Notes: generated by a model not told the origin, from the sequence alone. Shown: positions 1-10,205, counted from the first letter of the stretch. The stretch: DNA of 64,000 bases from an uncultured Gemmatimonadales bacterium (GCA_963783385.1 CAWANJ010000006.1:64001-128000), one strand, 5' to 3'. Numbers and translations: made by a program.

Positions 1-92
1 CCATCACGCGGCAGGTCAAGATCTACGGGCTGTGCGCGGAGTGCGACGCGGCCGAGGCGCGCGAGAACGAGGACTACCGCCGTGCCCTGTAG
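1..92 (+). CDS. C-terminal end of a Fur-family transcriptional regulator (5' truncated by the window)
   Basis: Reading from base 3 gives ITRQVKIYGLCAECDAAEARENEDYRRAL*; IYGLCxxC is the typical Fur/Zur/PerR C-terminal Zn site. Confidence 0.7.
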   Translation, partial: ITRQVKIYGLCAECDAAEARENEDYRRAL

Positions 93-140
93 AGGTCCGG
101 CCGCGGCGGACGACGCGAGGCTCCCGGGACGACGGGCACG

Positions 141-713
141 GTGAGCCACGCCCGCGACCGGCTTCTCCGGCTCCTGGTGGAGCGGTCCTTCCGCACGGGC
201 GACTTCGAGCTCGCCTCGGGGCGGCACAGCGACTACTACATCGACTGCCGAACGACCACCATGCACGCCGAGGGTCAGGCCCTCCTGGGCGAGGTGGGGC
301 TCGACGCGCTGGCGGAGGCGAGCCTCCATCCGGATCTCGTGGGAGGCCTGACCATGGGTGCCGACCCGATCTCCTACGCCATCGCGGGCGAGAGCTGGCG
401 ACGGGGCGAGCCCGTGCACGCCTTCTCGGTGCGCAAGCGCGCCAAGGACCACGGCCGGGGGCGTCGCATCGAGGGCTGCTTCGAGCCCGGCGCCAGGGTC
501 GTGGTCGTCGAGGACGTCATCACGTCCGGCGGCTCGGCCCTCCAGGCCATTCGCGAGGTCCAGACGGAGAACGGGCAGGTGCTGGCCGTGCTGGCGCTGG
601 TGGATCGCGAGGAAGGCGGCCGGGAAGCCATCGAGGAGGCTGGCCACCGCGTGATCGGCCTGTACACGGCCTCGGAGCTCAAGGAGGCCCACCGCCCGAA
701 CCCTGACGGGTGA
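141..713 (+). CDS. pyrE: Orotate phosphoribosyltransferase
   Basis: GDFELASGRHSDYYIDCR, RKRAKDHG loop, PRPP-binding VVVEDVITSGGS. Confidence 0.95.
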   Translation: MSHARDRLLRLLVERSFRTGDFELASGRHSDYYIDCRTTTMHAEGQALLGEVGLDALAEASLHPDLVGGLTMGADPISYAIAGESWRRGEPVHAFSVRKRAKDHGRGRRIEGCFEPGARVVVVEDVITSGGSALQAIREVQTENGQVLAVLALVDREEGGREAIEEAGHRVIGLYTASELKEAHRPNPDG

Positions 714-791
714 AACAGACGGCCGGGTCCGGGGTTTCCACCATTCCCTGAAAAGGACGGACGACCCGCGCTTCCCGGAGAGATCGAGCAC

Positions 792-1373
792 GTGATCCAC
801 TTCACGGACACCGCCCGCCAGCGCGTGCTGGCATTCATCGAAGAGGAGGGCGAGGAGGGCCTGGCGGTCCGCATCGACCTCCGGAGATCCAGCCCGTTCG
901 CGCCCGAGTACGACCTGGCCCTGATCGGCCCCGAGGAGGTCTCCGAGGAGGACCGGGCCTTCGACCAGAACGGCTTCAGCCTGTACGCCGCCCCGGACGC
1001 GGCGGAGTTCCTGGAGGGATCGGAGATCGACTGGGTCGAGTCCCTGCAGGGCGCCGGCTTCAGGATCGACAACCCCAACGTGAAGCCGCTCGGCTCGGAG
1101 CCGCCCAGCGGCCCGCTCGCCGAGCGCGTCCAGCGCGTCCTCGAAGAGCAGATCAACCCGGGCGTGGCCTCCCACGGCGGCCACGTCAGCCTGGTCGACA
1201 TCCGCGAGAATGTGGTCTTCCTGCAGATGAGCGGTGGCTGCCAGGGGTGCGGTATGGCCTCCGTGACCCTCACCCAGGGAATCAAGGAGGCGCTGCAGCG
1301 CGCCGTCCCCGAGGTGGCGGGCGTGGAGGACGTCACCGACCACGAGGCGGGTCGGAACCCCTACTACGCCTGA
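792..1373 (+). CDS. nfuA: NfuA-type Fe-S cluster carrier (A-type domain plus NifU-C domain)
   Basis: Degenerate IscA-like N-terminus; INPGVASHGGHVSL and GGCQGC motif; ends DVTDHEAGRNPYY. Confidence 0.9.
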   Translation: MIHFTDTARQRVLAFIEEEGEEGLAVRIDLRRSSPFAPEYDLALIGPEEVSEEDRAFDQNGFSLYAAPDAAEFLEGSEIDWVESLQGAGFRIDNPNVKPLGSEPPSGPLAERVQRVLEEQINPGVASHGGHVSLVDIRENVVFLQMSGGCQGCGMASVTLTQGIKEALQRAVPEVAGVEDVTDHEAGRNPYYA

Positions 1374-1442
1374 GCCGGAGCCGGGCACCCCGCGCGCGGG
1401 ACGCGCCGCGGCTCCACCGGTGGCGCCGGACGGCGCGGCCGG

Positions 1443-2624
1443 TTAGCGCAGGATCCCGGCCACCCCCGTGTCCGTCGGCATGCGCTCCGGGGACAGCACG
1501 AGCGCGTTACCCCCGTGCAGGATCACCACCTCGGCCAGCTCGTCCAGGAGCTCGGCCGCGTCGCCCGAAGGATCCTCACCACCCTCCTGGACGATCTCGA
1601 TGGCGCCCGTGGAGCGGTCCATGGTCCCCCACAGGCGCCGCCCGCGCTCGGTGAGCAGCAGGCGGATCCTCCCGGCCACGGCCAGGCGGCACAGGTTGGC
1701 CAGGTCCAGCTCTCCCTTGCCCCGGCCGTAGGAGGTCTCCCACAGCTCCAGGGCCCGGTCGATCTTCTTGAGCACCTGGGCCTTGGCGATGGGCCACGCG
1801 GCCTCGTGCACGCGGTCGGGGTTCCAGTTGACCGCGGAGGCCTCGATCCCTTCCTCGGCCAGGTTGTCGAGCCCGCTCACGCTCCGGTACAGGGGGTGGT
1901 ATTCCTTGACGGCGGCGAGCACGAGGGGACCGATCTCGCCCTCGAGCATATCCTGGAGACCCTCGTCCACCTGCTTGAAGAAGCGCCGCAGCTCGGGCTC
2001 GTCATCGTCGCTTCCCACCCCGTGGCCGTGGAAGACCGGCATCGTCCCGCCCCGGCCGTGGCTGCCGTGCGAACCGCTCCGGACCTTGCGGCGCAGCACG
2101 ATCTTCTCGTCGCGCTCGAACTCGTAGCCCAGCGCCTCCATGAGGTCGCGGGGCACGCCCTGCAGGTCGATCGGGCTCACGCCGGCCGCCGTGCCCGACC
2201 ACAGCCGCACGTTCTTCTGGCTGAGCCCCAGCACCCAGTACCGATCGGGCGCCTGGAGGTACTCCAGCATCGGCCGAGTGTGGAAGGAGGAGGCGACCAC
2301 GACCAGATCGGGGACGGAGCCGGGGAGTCGATACAGGCGCTGGATGTCCGGCGACGCGAACACGGCCAGGCCGTCGGACTGGTAGCGCCAGAACTCCTCG
2401 TCCTGCGTGAGTGGCTCGAGCGCCTCGACCAGGGCCGCGCCCGCGCCGTCGCCGCCGTCGGCCGACGGCAACAGCTCGCGCACGCGATCGAGGGCGGCCC
2501 GGTAGCGCAGGCGATTCGCCTCGGTCTCGCTGCCGGAGCGCGCGGTGGGAACGTAGATCGAGATGGCGGGGCCCTCTCGCTCCTGGAGCAGTGTCCGAAG
2601 GTCCTCGCGTCCGAAGTAGTCCAC
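1443..2624 (-). CDS. Bacterial archaeo-eukaryotic release factor-like (baeRF) protein
   Basis: GPAISIYVPT, FWRYQSDGLAVF, FHTRPM, FHGHG, FFKQVD, PLVLAA, C-terminal ELLDELAEVVILHGG...GVAGILR. Confidence 0.8.
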   Translation of the reverse strand: MDYFGREDLRTLLQEREGPAISIYVPTARSGSETEANRLRYRAALDRVRELLPSADGGDGAGAALVEALEPLTQDEEFWRYQSDGLAVFASPDIQRLYRLPGSVPDLVVVASSFHTRPMLEYLQAPDRYWVLGLSQKNVRLWSGTAAGVSPIDLQGVPRDLMEALGYEFERDEKIVLRRKVRSGSHGSHGRGGTMPVFHGHGVGSDDDEPELRRFFKQVDEGLQDMLEGEIGPLVLAAVKEYHPLYRSVSGLDNLAEEGIEASAVNWNPDRVHEAAWPIAKAQVLKKIDRALELWETSYGRGKGELDLANLCRLAVAGRIRLLLTERGRRLWGTMDRSTGAIEIVQEGGEDPSGDAAELLDELAEVVILHGGNALVLSPERMPTDTGVAGILR

Positions 2625-2717
2625 GGGAGACTCCTCCCCGGAAGGGTGGCTTGCCGGTGTGTCCTCCGGTGCCGATTCACTTCAACGAACATACCAGCGA
2701 GCCGACGCCGTCCGCGA

Positions 2718-3059
2718 TCAGTCCCCCGGGACGATCGCGTGCAGGAGGAGACCCACGATGGACATGACCAGGGCCCCGAAGAAGGCCGCGCCGAATCCGC
2801 TCAGCCTGAAGCCCGGGGTGATGGCGGCTGCCAGGTAGAACAGGAGGCCGTTGAGGACCAGGTAGAAGATCCCGAGGGTGAGGAGCGTGATCGGGAAGGT
2901 GAGGAAGACCAGCACCGGCTTCACCAGCGCGTTCACGAGGCCGATGACGAGCGCGGCCAGGAGCAGCGCCCTGGTCCCGTCCACCACGATGCCGGGGACG
3001 AGCCAGGCCGTGAACCACAGGGCCGCGGCATTGATGAGCCAGTTGATGAGGAGGCGCAT
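2718..3059 (-). CDS. Phage-holin-like (YvlD/4-TM) membrane protein
   Basis: ALVIGLVNALVKPVLVFLTFPITLLTLGIFYLVLNG is the family signature; start taken at MRLLIN. Confidence 0.85.
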   Translation of the reverse strand: MRLLINWLINAAALWFTAWLVPGIVVDGTRALLLAALVIGLVNALVKPVLVFLTFPITLLTLGIFYLVLNGLLFYLAAAITPGFRLSGFGAAFFGALVMSIVGLLLHAIVPGD

Positions 3060-3182
3060 CCGGGTGCTCCTTCCGCTGGGAGTTCGAGGGGGAACATGGC
3101 TTGCAGCCGATGCCCGACGCAGGGAACGGCCCGCCGCGGGCTCGTCCGTCACTCCCCCAATCTAGCGTCCGGGAGGACGACC

Positions 3183-3716
3183 ATGAAGGTGGAGCGCCAC
3201 GGGGTCACCCTGGAGCTCGTGCGGGGCGACATCGCCTCCCAGGATGGAATCGACGCCGTCGTCAACGCGGCCAACGCCCAGCTCATGCCGGGCGGCGGCG
3301 TGGCGGGCGCCCTCCACCGGGCCGCCGGGCCCGGGCTGGCCGAGGAGTGCCGGCCGCTGGCCCCGATCGAGCCGGGCGACGCGGTGATCACGGGTGGACA
3401 CGGCCTTCCGAACCCTTTCGTGATCCACTGCCTGGGGCCCGTGTGGGGCCGGGACGAGCCCGCCGAGGCCCTGCTCAGGAGCTGCTACCGGCGCGCCCTG
3501 GAGCTGGTCGAGGAGCACGGCCTCCGGTCGGTGGCCTTCCCCGCCCTGTCCACCGGGGCGTTCGGCTACCCGGTGCGGGAGGCGGCCCGCGCCGCGCTGG
3601 ACGAGGTGCTGGGGCTCCTGCCGGGGCTCGCCTCGGTCCGCAGGATCCGCTTCACCCTGTACGGGGCCGACGCCCTGGCCGCGCACCGCGAGGCGCTGGA
3701 AGAGTTGCTGGTCTAG
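3183..3716 (+). CDS. Macro domain protein (O-acetyl-ADP-ribose deacetylase-like)
   Basis: GDI, DAVVNAAN, GGGVAGALHRAAG, VIHCLGP, AFPALSTGAFGYP; GGAGG RBS upstream. Confidence 0.92.
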   Translation: MKVERHGVTLELVRGDIASQDGIDAVVNAANAQLMPGGGVAGALHRAAGPGLAEECRPLAPIEPGDAVITGGHGLPNPFVIHCLGPVWGRDEPAEALLRSCYRRALELVEEHGLRSVAFPALSTGAFGYPVREAARAALDEVLGLLPGLASVRRIRFTLYGADALAAHREALEELLV

Positions 3717-6700
3717 AACCCCGGCCCGATCCCCAGCGCCCACACCCAGCCCCTGCCCGGCCGGTCCAGCGGCCTCACCCAGTCGAGCTCGAGCACGGTG
3801 AGGCCGAACATGTTGAAGCGGAGACCCGCCCCGAAGCTCCGCACCGGACGGCGCGCCTCCGCGCCCCCTCCGCCCAGGAAGGCGGGCGTCGTGGCTCGGG
3901 TCCAGGCCACCCCGGCGTCGAAGAACCCGACGAGGTCGATGGGCGGCACCGGACCGCCGTGCACCAGGGAGAGGTCGCCCAGGCCGATGAGCGGCAGGCG
4001 TAGCTCGACGTTCAGCACGCCGAGACGGCTCCCCAGGAGGCGGTCGAACACGGGGCACGACCCCGAGCCGTCCGCCGGACACTCGGCCAGACTAAACGAG
4101 CCCGCGTCGTAGCCGCGCACCAGGTAGGAATAGCCCAGGAACAGCTCCCGCAGCCGATGGTCCTCCGCGCCCGCGCCGTAGCGGCCGTACGTGAGGACCC
4201 GGGCCGCCAGCGTCAGCGGGCGCACCGGCATGACGTACTTCCGGAAGTCTCCGAGCAGCGTGTAGAAGCCGATGCTGCCCACCGAGGAGCCGACCTCGAG
4301 CCGCGCCCGCTCGCCGACCAGGGGCCCGGTGCCCCCGAAGATCGCGTTGTCGTACACGAGGGCGGCGCTGGCCCGGGCCAGGTTCAGGGACGAGAGGGTG
4401 TCGTAGGCCGTGCTCGTGGTCCGCTCGGAGAGGATCCGCCCCGATACGGGATCGTACGCGGTTTCCCGGACTTCGCTGGCAAAGTCGACGTTCTGCACCC
4501 CGCCGGACAGCTCGACCCGCTCCGCACGGTTGAGCGGGTAGGCCAGGAGGCCCGAAAGCTCACGGTTGATCTGCCAGAACCACACATCCCGGTACACCTG
4601 CGCCTCGCGGCCGTCCACGACCGTCGTCCCCAGCCCGATCTGCCGGCTCAGGTAGGGGATCTGCCCGCCCTGGACGGCCCAGTCGATCCTCGAGCCCAGG
4701 TTGACGTAGGACCCGTACAGGGCGGTCCCCTCCAGGATGCGGCCGGCCGTGCCCTCGACCTGGGCGAGGACCGAGAGGTTCCGGTTGCCGAGCATATCGC
4801 TGAAGTAGAGGGCGCCACCGCCGCCCGCGTACACGCCGAACTGGTCCGCGCCCACCCCGAAGGTGGGCTGGGCCACGTAGTCCAGGGTGAGGCCGGCGCC
4901 ATAGCCGTGCGTCCGGAAAGTGACCGTGTCGGGCAGTCCGAGCGACTGCTCGGCGAGCAGGGCCGGAACCTCTCCATAGCGGCGGTCGAGGGGCGGGAGC
5001 CGTCCGGCTCGCCGCCGCGCCACCGTGTCGGGAAGCGGCGCCCCTCGCGCGACGGCCGTGTCCGCCGGCTCCCGCCCCGCGAACTCACCGTCCGGACCGC
5101 GCTCGAGTGCGTACAGCTCGAACACGAAGTCGCCGCGCCCGTTCACGCTGAACACGACGTCCCCGCTACGACGGGCCACCGACAGGGCCGGGCTCAGGGG
5201 CGTGATCCCGGCCACGCCGGTCTGGACATCGGTCAGGCGCTCGAAGCTCCCCGCCGCCAGGTCCAGCCTGTACACGTTCGAGATCCCGCCGCGATTCGAC
5301 ACGAAGTACAGGCTCCGGCCGTCGGGGGCCCACCCGGGGCTCGTCTCGTCGTCCGCCTCGCCCAGGTGCGGTAGCTCGGTGATCCGCCCCGACTGCGGGT
5401 CGATGAGCGCCAGCCGGTAGGCCCCGAACGAGAGGTCCGGGAGATCGCTCGTGAACCGCTCGGTGACGAACGCGATCCGGCTCCCGTCCGGCGACCAGGC
5501 GGGGTGCAGCTCGGCGAACTCGTCGTGGGTGAGCCGCCGGGTGCGCCCCGTCCGCAGGTCGAGGACGTAGAGGTCGGTGAACCCGCTCACGTGGGCCGTG
5601 AACGCCACGCGCCGCCCGTCGGGCGCCCAGGTGGGGTTGAAGATCTCGCCGAAGGCCGGCAGGCGGATCTCGCGCAGGCGCTTCCCCGTGTGCGGATCGA
5701 GGATCGCCAGGTCGGCCCGGCCCTTCCGGACGGTGGCCAGCGCGAAGCGCGACCCGTCCGGGGACCACGCGCCCGAGGAGTTGAGGTACTGGAGGCTCTG
5801 GAAGTGGGGGTCGAGGGCGGTCTCGGTGAGCTTGCGCACCACCCGGCCCGTCCGGGCATCGGCCAGGAAGAGCTCGAGCGAGAACAGCGACTTCTCGGAA
5901 GCGAACACGAGCTCGGAGCCGTCCGGGCTCAGCGCCGGCCCGATGGCGACGTTCCCCCGGCCCATGCCCGGGGCGATGACGGGCCTCGCCTGTGAGTCGG
6001 CCGGCAGGGTCGACGCGAGCACGGCGGCGTCCTGCGCCCGCACGGCCGCGTGCCAGCGCTCGACCACGGAGTCCGCATCCACTCCGGTCGCGGCCGCGAT
6101 CGCCCCCCGGACGGATCCCGTGTGACCGGCCAGCGACAGGAGGTCGCCAATGCGGTCGTCCCCGTACGTCCCGCCGATCCAGGCCCACAGCGCCTGCCCG
6201 TAGCGGTACGGGAAATAGTGGGGATCGCGCAGGTCGCCCAGGTCCGGCAGCCGGCCGGCCAGGTCGGCGCCGCGGACCCACATGGTCGTGAACGGGTCGT
6301 CGGGCCCGACCGACAGGTACTCGGCCATGCCCTCGATGAACCAGCCGGACAGGCGGAGGGCTCCGGGCACCACTCCGCCGCCCGGGTAGCCCGCCCCCGT
6401 CATGTCGAACTGGAAGGCGTGGACGAGCTCGTGGCCCAGCACGTGGTCCGTCTCCCGGAGGGAGGCCGCCGCGGGGAGGACGACCCGGCGCTTGAGCGGC
6501 TCCGTGAAGCCGCCGGTGGACTCGTCGATGCGCCCCCCGATCGCGTTCGTCTGCTCGAAGTCCGGGTGGCTGGCGTACAGGATGAGCGGCTGGCGCTGGC
6601 GGATGTCGTGGCCGAGGAGGCGCGAGAACCGGGCGTACCAGCGCTCGGCCATGCGGCCCACCCGCACGGCCAGCTCCCGCTCGCTCGGATAGTAGTAGAG

Positions 6701-6853
6701 GTCGAAGTGCTCGGTCTCCAGGACGGAGAAGTCGAGCGAGCGGTACTGCACCTTGTTCTGGCCGAAGTACTGGGCCCGGACGGCCCCGGGGAGACCCGCG
6801 AGGCCGACGAGCCCGGCCAGGAGGAGGATCCGGGTCAGTCCCCGGATCTGCAC
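3713..6853 (-). CDS. Secreted peptidase-like domain + PD40/TolB propeller + BamA/Omp85-type beta-barrel fusion
   Basis: Signal peptide then QYFGQNKVQY; HELVH zinc motif; repeated W[SA]PDG; barrel with LVRGY, FFDAG, SFGAGLR and terminal F; GTG start inferred. Confidence 0.82.
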   Translation of the reverse strand: MQIRGLTRILLLAGLVGLAGLPGAVRAQYFGQNKVQYRSLDFSVLETEHFDLYYYPSERELAVRVGRMAERWYARFSRLLGHDIRQRQPLILYASHPDFEQTNAIGGRIDESTGGFTEPLKRRVVLPAAASLRETDHVLGHELVHAFQFDMTGAGYPGGGVVPGALRLSGWFIEGMAEYLSVGPDDPFTTMWVRGADLAGRLPDLGDLRDPHYFPYRYGQALWAWIGGTYGDDRIGDLLSLAGHTGSVRGAIAAATGVDADSVVERWHAAVRAQDAAVLASTLPADSQARPVIAPGMGRGNVAIGPALSPDGSELVFASEKSLFSLELFLADARTGRVVRKLTETALDPHFQSLQYLNSSGAWSPDGSRFALATVRKGRADLAILDPHTGKRLREIRLPAFGEIFNPTWAPDGRRVAFTAHVSGFTDLYVLDLRTGRTRRLTHDEFAELHPAWSPDGSRIAFVTERFTSDLPDLSFGAYRLALIDPQSGRITELPHLGEADDETSPGWAPDGRSLYFVSNRGGISNVYRLDLAAGSFERLTDVQTGVAGITPLSPALSVARRSGDVVFSVNGRGDFVFELYALERGPDGEFAGREPADTAVARGAPLPDTVARRRAGRLPPLDRRYGEVPALLAEQSLGLPDTVTFRTHGYGAGLTLDYVAQPTFGVGADQFGVYAGGGGALYFSDMLGNRNLSVLAQVEGTAGRILEGTALYGSYVNLGSRIDWAVQGGQIPYLSRQIGLGTTVVDGREAQVYRDVWFWQINRELSGLLAYPLNRAERVELSGGVQNVDFASEVRETAYDPVSGRILSERTTSTAYDTLSSLNLARASAALVYDNAIFGGTGPLVGERARLEVGSSVGSIGFYTLLGDFRKYVMPVRPLTLAARVLTYGRYGAGAEDHRLRELFLGYSYLVRGYDAGSFSLAECPADGSGSCPVFDRLLGSRLGVLNVELRLPLIGLGDLSLVHGGPVPPIDLVGFFDAGVAWTRATTPAFLGGGGAEARRPVRSFGAGLRFNMFGLTVLELDWVRPLDRPGRGWVWALGIGPGF

Positions 6854-7506
6854 GAGCGCACCTCGCCGCCGAACCGCCCCAGGACCCGGTCCACCTGCGA
6901 GGCGTCCAGCGGCCCGGCCACCACGCGGGTGAGGCCGTCGGGGCCCGGCTCGGTCCGGGCGGACTCGCCGTCGTCCTCCAGGCGCGCCACCATGAGCCGG
7001 GCATTCTCCTCCTCGCGGTAGGCTCCGACCTGGATCTCCCGGCAGGCCGTCGGGGGCGCGGTCACCACGATCTTCACCCTGGCCGTGCCGTCGACCAGGA
7101 AGCCGAGCTTCCGGGCCGCTGCCCGCGACACGTCGAGGATGCGGTCCCCGACGAACGGACCGCGGTCGTTGACGCGGAGCTCCGCGTGGCGGCCGTTGTC
7201 GAGGTTGGTGACCTCGATCCACGTGCCGAGGGGGAGGGTGCGGTGGGCGGCCGTGAGCGCGTTCATGTCGAAGGTCTCGCCGGAGGCCGTGGCCCGCCCG
7301 TGGAACTGGCCACCGTACCACGAGGCCCGCCCCACCTGGCTCCAACCGGGCGACACCCGTGCCATCGGCGGCGGGGAGGACGCGGGTCCGGGCCCGACCG
7401 AGGGCGGCGTCGTGCGCCCCGCGCACGCCCCGGCGGCGAGCAGGAGGAGGAACGCCGCGGCGCGGGCGGCGGGCGGTTCACGGCGTGCGGAAGGCGTACG
7501 GCCCAT
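6835..7506 (-). CDS. rlpA: Septal ring lytic transglycosylase RlpA-family lipoprotein with SPOR-like tail
   Basis: Lipobox AGAC; ASWYG, TASGE, LTAAHRTLPLGT, RVNDRGPF, LDVSRAAA; IQVGAY SPOR motif. Confidence 0.9.
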   Translation of the reverse strand: MGRTPSARREPPAARAAAFLLLLAAGACAGRTTPPSVGPGPASSPPPMARVSPGWSQVGRASWYGGQFHGRATASGETFDMNALTAAHRTLPLGTWIEVTNLDNGRHAELRVNDRGPFVGDRILDVSRAAARKLGFLVDGTARVKIVVTAPPTACREIQVGAYREEENARLMVARLEDDGESARTEPGPDGLTRVVAGPLDASQVDRVLGRFGGEVRSCRSGD

Positions 7507-7744
7507 GGTCTGATGAGAATCCCGCGCGGCCCCCGGCGCAAGCTCGGACGCGGGAGGCCGAGGGCGGCCGTAAGCCCCGCCTGAGCGCCCGATTCGGCGA
7601 CGCCCGCGCGGCGACGCGACGCGGAACACTTCTTGACACCGCTCTGACGCTCGGACTGGCCCCCGGCCCATGCCGGGGACATCCTGTGTCGGCGCGGCCG
7701 TCGGGACGCCGGCGAATGACCACCCACGGGAGATGGCGAGGAGC

Positions 7745-10066
7745 ATGGCAACTGCAGCGAACCTGGGCTTTCCGCGAATCGGCGGAGACCGCGAGCTCAA
7801 GAAGGCCACGGAGAGCTACTGGCGAGGCGACGTGTCGGCGGAGGAGCTGTCCCGTACAGCCTCCGACCTCCGGCTGGCGGGGTGGCGAGCCCAGAGGGCC
7901 GCGGGCATCGAGCACATCCCCTCCAACGACTTCTCCCTGTACGACCACATGCTCGACACCGCGGCGCTGGTGGGGGCTATCCCGGCGCGCTATGCCTGGA
8001 AGGGCGGCAAGCTGCAACTGGACCGGTACTTCGCCATGGCCCGGGGCTCCCAGACCGACGAGCTCGACGTGCCGGCCATGGAGATGACCAAGTGGTTCGA
8101 CACCAACTACCACTACATCGTCCCCGAGCTGGACGAGGACCAGGCGTTCCGGATCGCCACCTCCAAGCCGTTCGAGCAGTATGCGGAGGCGAGCGCGGAG
8201 GGCATCGACACGGTCCCGGTGCTCCCGGGACCGGTCAGCTTCCTCCTCCTCTCCAAGGGGCCGGGCGCGGGCGGCGCCTCCCTGGACCGCCTGCTCGAGC
8301 CCCTCGTGGACGTGTACCTCGAGGTGATCGGCCGGCTGGTCGAGGCCGGCGCCGATTGGATCCAGCTCGACGAGCCCTGCTTCGTCCAGGACCGGGACCC
8401 GGCCGAGCGCGAGGCGCTCGAGCGCGCCTACGGGCGCCTGGCCGCCGGTGGCTCCGGCGCCCGCCTGCTGATCCAGACCTACTTCGAGCACGTCGGCGAC
8501 GCGTTCCGCACCCTTACGGGCCTCCCGGTGGACGGGATCGGACTGGACTTCGTGCGCGGCCGCCGCCACCACCTGGAGCTCCTGGACGAGCACAGCTTCC
8601 CCGGCGACAAGGTCCTGCGAGTGGGGATCGTGGACGGCCGCAACGTGTGGATCAACGACCTCGAGCGCTCCCTGGAGCTGCTCGAGCGGGTGTCGGCCAT
8701 CGTCGATCCGAGCCGGCTGCAGGTGTCGCCCTCCTGCTCCCTCATGCACGCGCCGCTGGACGCCTCCCGCGAGATGGGTCTGGACTCCGAGCTCCGTTCC
8801 TGGCTCGCCTTCGCCCACCAGAAGCTGGGTGAGGTCGAGATCCTCACTCGCGGCCTGAACGAGGGGCGCCAGGCCATCGCGGGGGAGCTCGAGTCGAACC
8901 GAGGGGCCCTGGACTCGCGTCAGGGCTCGACGCGCACCCGCAAGCCCGAGGTGCGGCGCCGCATGGACGACCTCGACCCGGAGGCGGCGGGCCGACCGCT
9001 CAGCTTCGAGGAACGCAAGCGCGTGCAGCGCGAGCGCCTCGGGCTGGCGGCGCTCCCGACGACCGTGATCGGCTCCTTCCCGCAGACCGCCGAGGTGCGC
9101 TCGCAGCGGCGCGCCTTCCGCGCGGGTGACACGGACCGGGGCGCCTACGAGAGCTTCCTGGAGAAGGAGATCGACCGCTGCGTGGAAATGCAGGAGGACG
9201 TGGGCCTGGACGTCCTCGTGCACGGCGAGTTCGAGCGCAACGACATGGTCGAGTACTTCGGCGAGCTCATGGAGGGCTACGCCTTCACCCGCCACGGGTG
9301 GGTGCAGTCCTACGGGAGCCGGTACGTGAAGCCGCCCATCCTGTACGGCGACATCCACCGGCCGGGCCCGATCACGGTGCGCTGGTGGAGCTACGCCGCC
9401 TCGTGCACCCGGCGGCCGATCAAGGGCATGCTCACCGGTCCGGTGACCATGCTGCAATGGTCGTTCGTGCGGGACGACCAGCCGCGCTCGGCGACCTGCT
9501 ACCAGCTGGCCCTGGCGGTGCGGGACGAGGTAGAGGACCTGCAGGACGCGGGCGCGCCGGTGATCCAGGTGGACGAGCCCGCGCTCCGGGAGGGGCTCCC
9601 GCTGCGCGAGGAGGACCGGGACGACTACCTGCGCTGGGCGGTCAATGCGTTCCGGGTCGCGACCGGCACGGCCCGCCCGGAGACCCAGATCCACACGCAC
9701 ATGTGCTACTCGAACTTCAACGACATCATCGAGCACATCGCGCGCATGGACGCCGACGTCCTCCTCATCGAGAACGCGCGCTCGGACGAGAAGCTGCTCA
9801 AGGTATTCCGGGACTTCGACTACGACCGCGACATCGGCCCCGGCGTGTACGACATCCACTCGCCGCGGGTGCCGCCGGCCGAGGAGATGGCCGACCACAT
9901 CCGGGACTCCCTCACCGTGCTCCCGGCGGACCGGGTGTGGGTGAACCCCGACTGCGGCCTCAAGACCCGCAGGTGGGAGGAGGTCGTCCCGGCGCTGGCG
10001 AACATGGTGGAGGCCGCGCGCACCGTGCGGACCGACCTCGCCGGAGGTGCGGAGAGCGCCTCGTGA
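7745..10066 (+). CDS. metE: Cobalamin-independent methionine synthase
   Basis: NLGFPRIG..RELK, MTKWFDTNYHYIVPE, HGEFERNDMVEYF, HTHMCY, WVNPDCGLKTR. Confidence 0.97.
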   Translation: MATAANLGFPRIGGDRELKKATESYWRGDVSAEELSRTASDLRLAGWRAQRAAGIEHIPSNDFSLYDHMLDTAALVGAIPARYAWKGGKLQLDRYFAMARGSQTDELDVPAMEMTKWFDTNYHYIVPELDEDQAFRIATSKPFEQYAEASAEGIDTVPVLPGPVSFLLLSKGPGAGGASLDRLLEPLVDVYLEVIGRLVEAGADWIQLDEPCFVQDRDPAEREALERAYGRLAAGGSGARLLIQTYFEHVGDAFRTLTGLPVDGIGLDFVRGRRHHLELLDEHSFPGDKVLRVGIVDGRNVWINDLERSLELLERVSAIVDPSRLQVSPSCSLMHAPLDASREMGLDSELRSWLAFAHQKLGEVEILTRGLNEGRQAIAGELESNRGALDSRQGSTRTRKPEVRRRMDDLDPEAAGRPLSFEERKRVQRERLGLAALPTTVIGSFPQTAEVRSQRRAFRAGDTDRGAYESFLEKEIDRCVEMQEDVGLDVLVHGEFERNDMVEYFGELMEGYAFTRHGWVQSYGSRYVKPPILYGDIHRPGPITVRWWSYAASCTRRPIKGMLTGPVTMLQWSFVRDDQPRSATCYQLALAVRDEVEDLQDAGAPVIQVDEPALREGLPLREEDRDDYLRWAVNAFRVATGTARPETQIHTHMCYSNFNDIIEHIARMDADVLLIENARSDEKLLKVFRDFDYDRDIGPGVYDIHSPRVPPAEEMADHIRDSLTVLPADRVWVNPDCGLKTRRWEEVVPALANMVEAARTVRTDLAGGAESAS

Positions 10067-10205
10067 GGCCCGGGAGTCGGACCCGCGCGCGGAGGACGCC
10101 GGTCCGTTGAGCGACGACGCGGACGGCGCGGGCGAGGGCGCCAGACCCTCTGCAGGAGGGGAACAGCGAACGTCGTCTTCCCCTCCCCGCCGTTCGCCGA
10201 GCACC

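Noticed and set aside
2718-3059. Prophage suggested by the holin-like gene
   Set aside because: This 4-TM family is commonly chromosomal, and no other phage genes are present
1515-3716. 733-aa ORF as a macro-domain fusion
   Set aside because: Only the last 177 aa (from ATG 3183, with an RBS) look real; the rest is antisense to baeRF and the holin-like gene
7510-7744. Cobalamin/SAM/SAH riboswitch upstream of metE
   Set aside because: I found no B12-box, SAM-I core or SAH consensus by eye; an Rfam scan would be needed to exclude a divergent one
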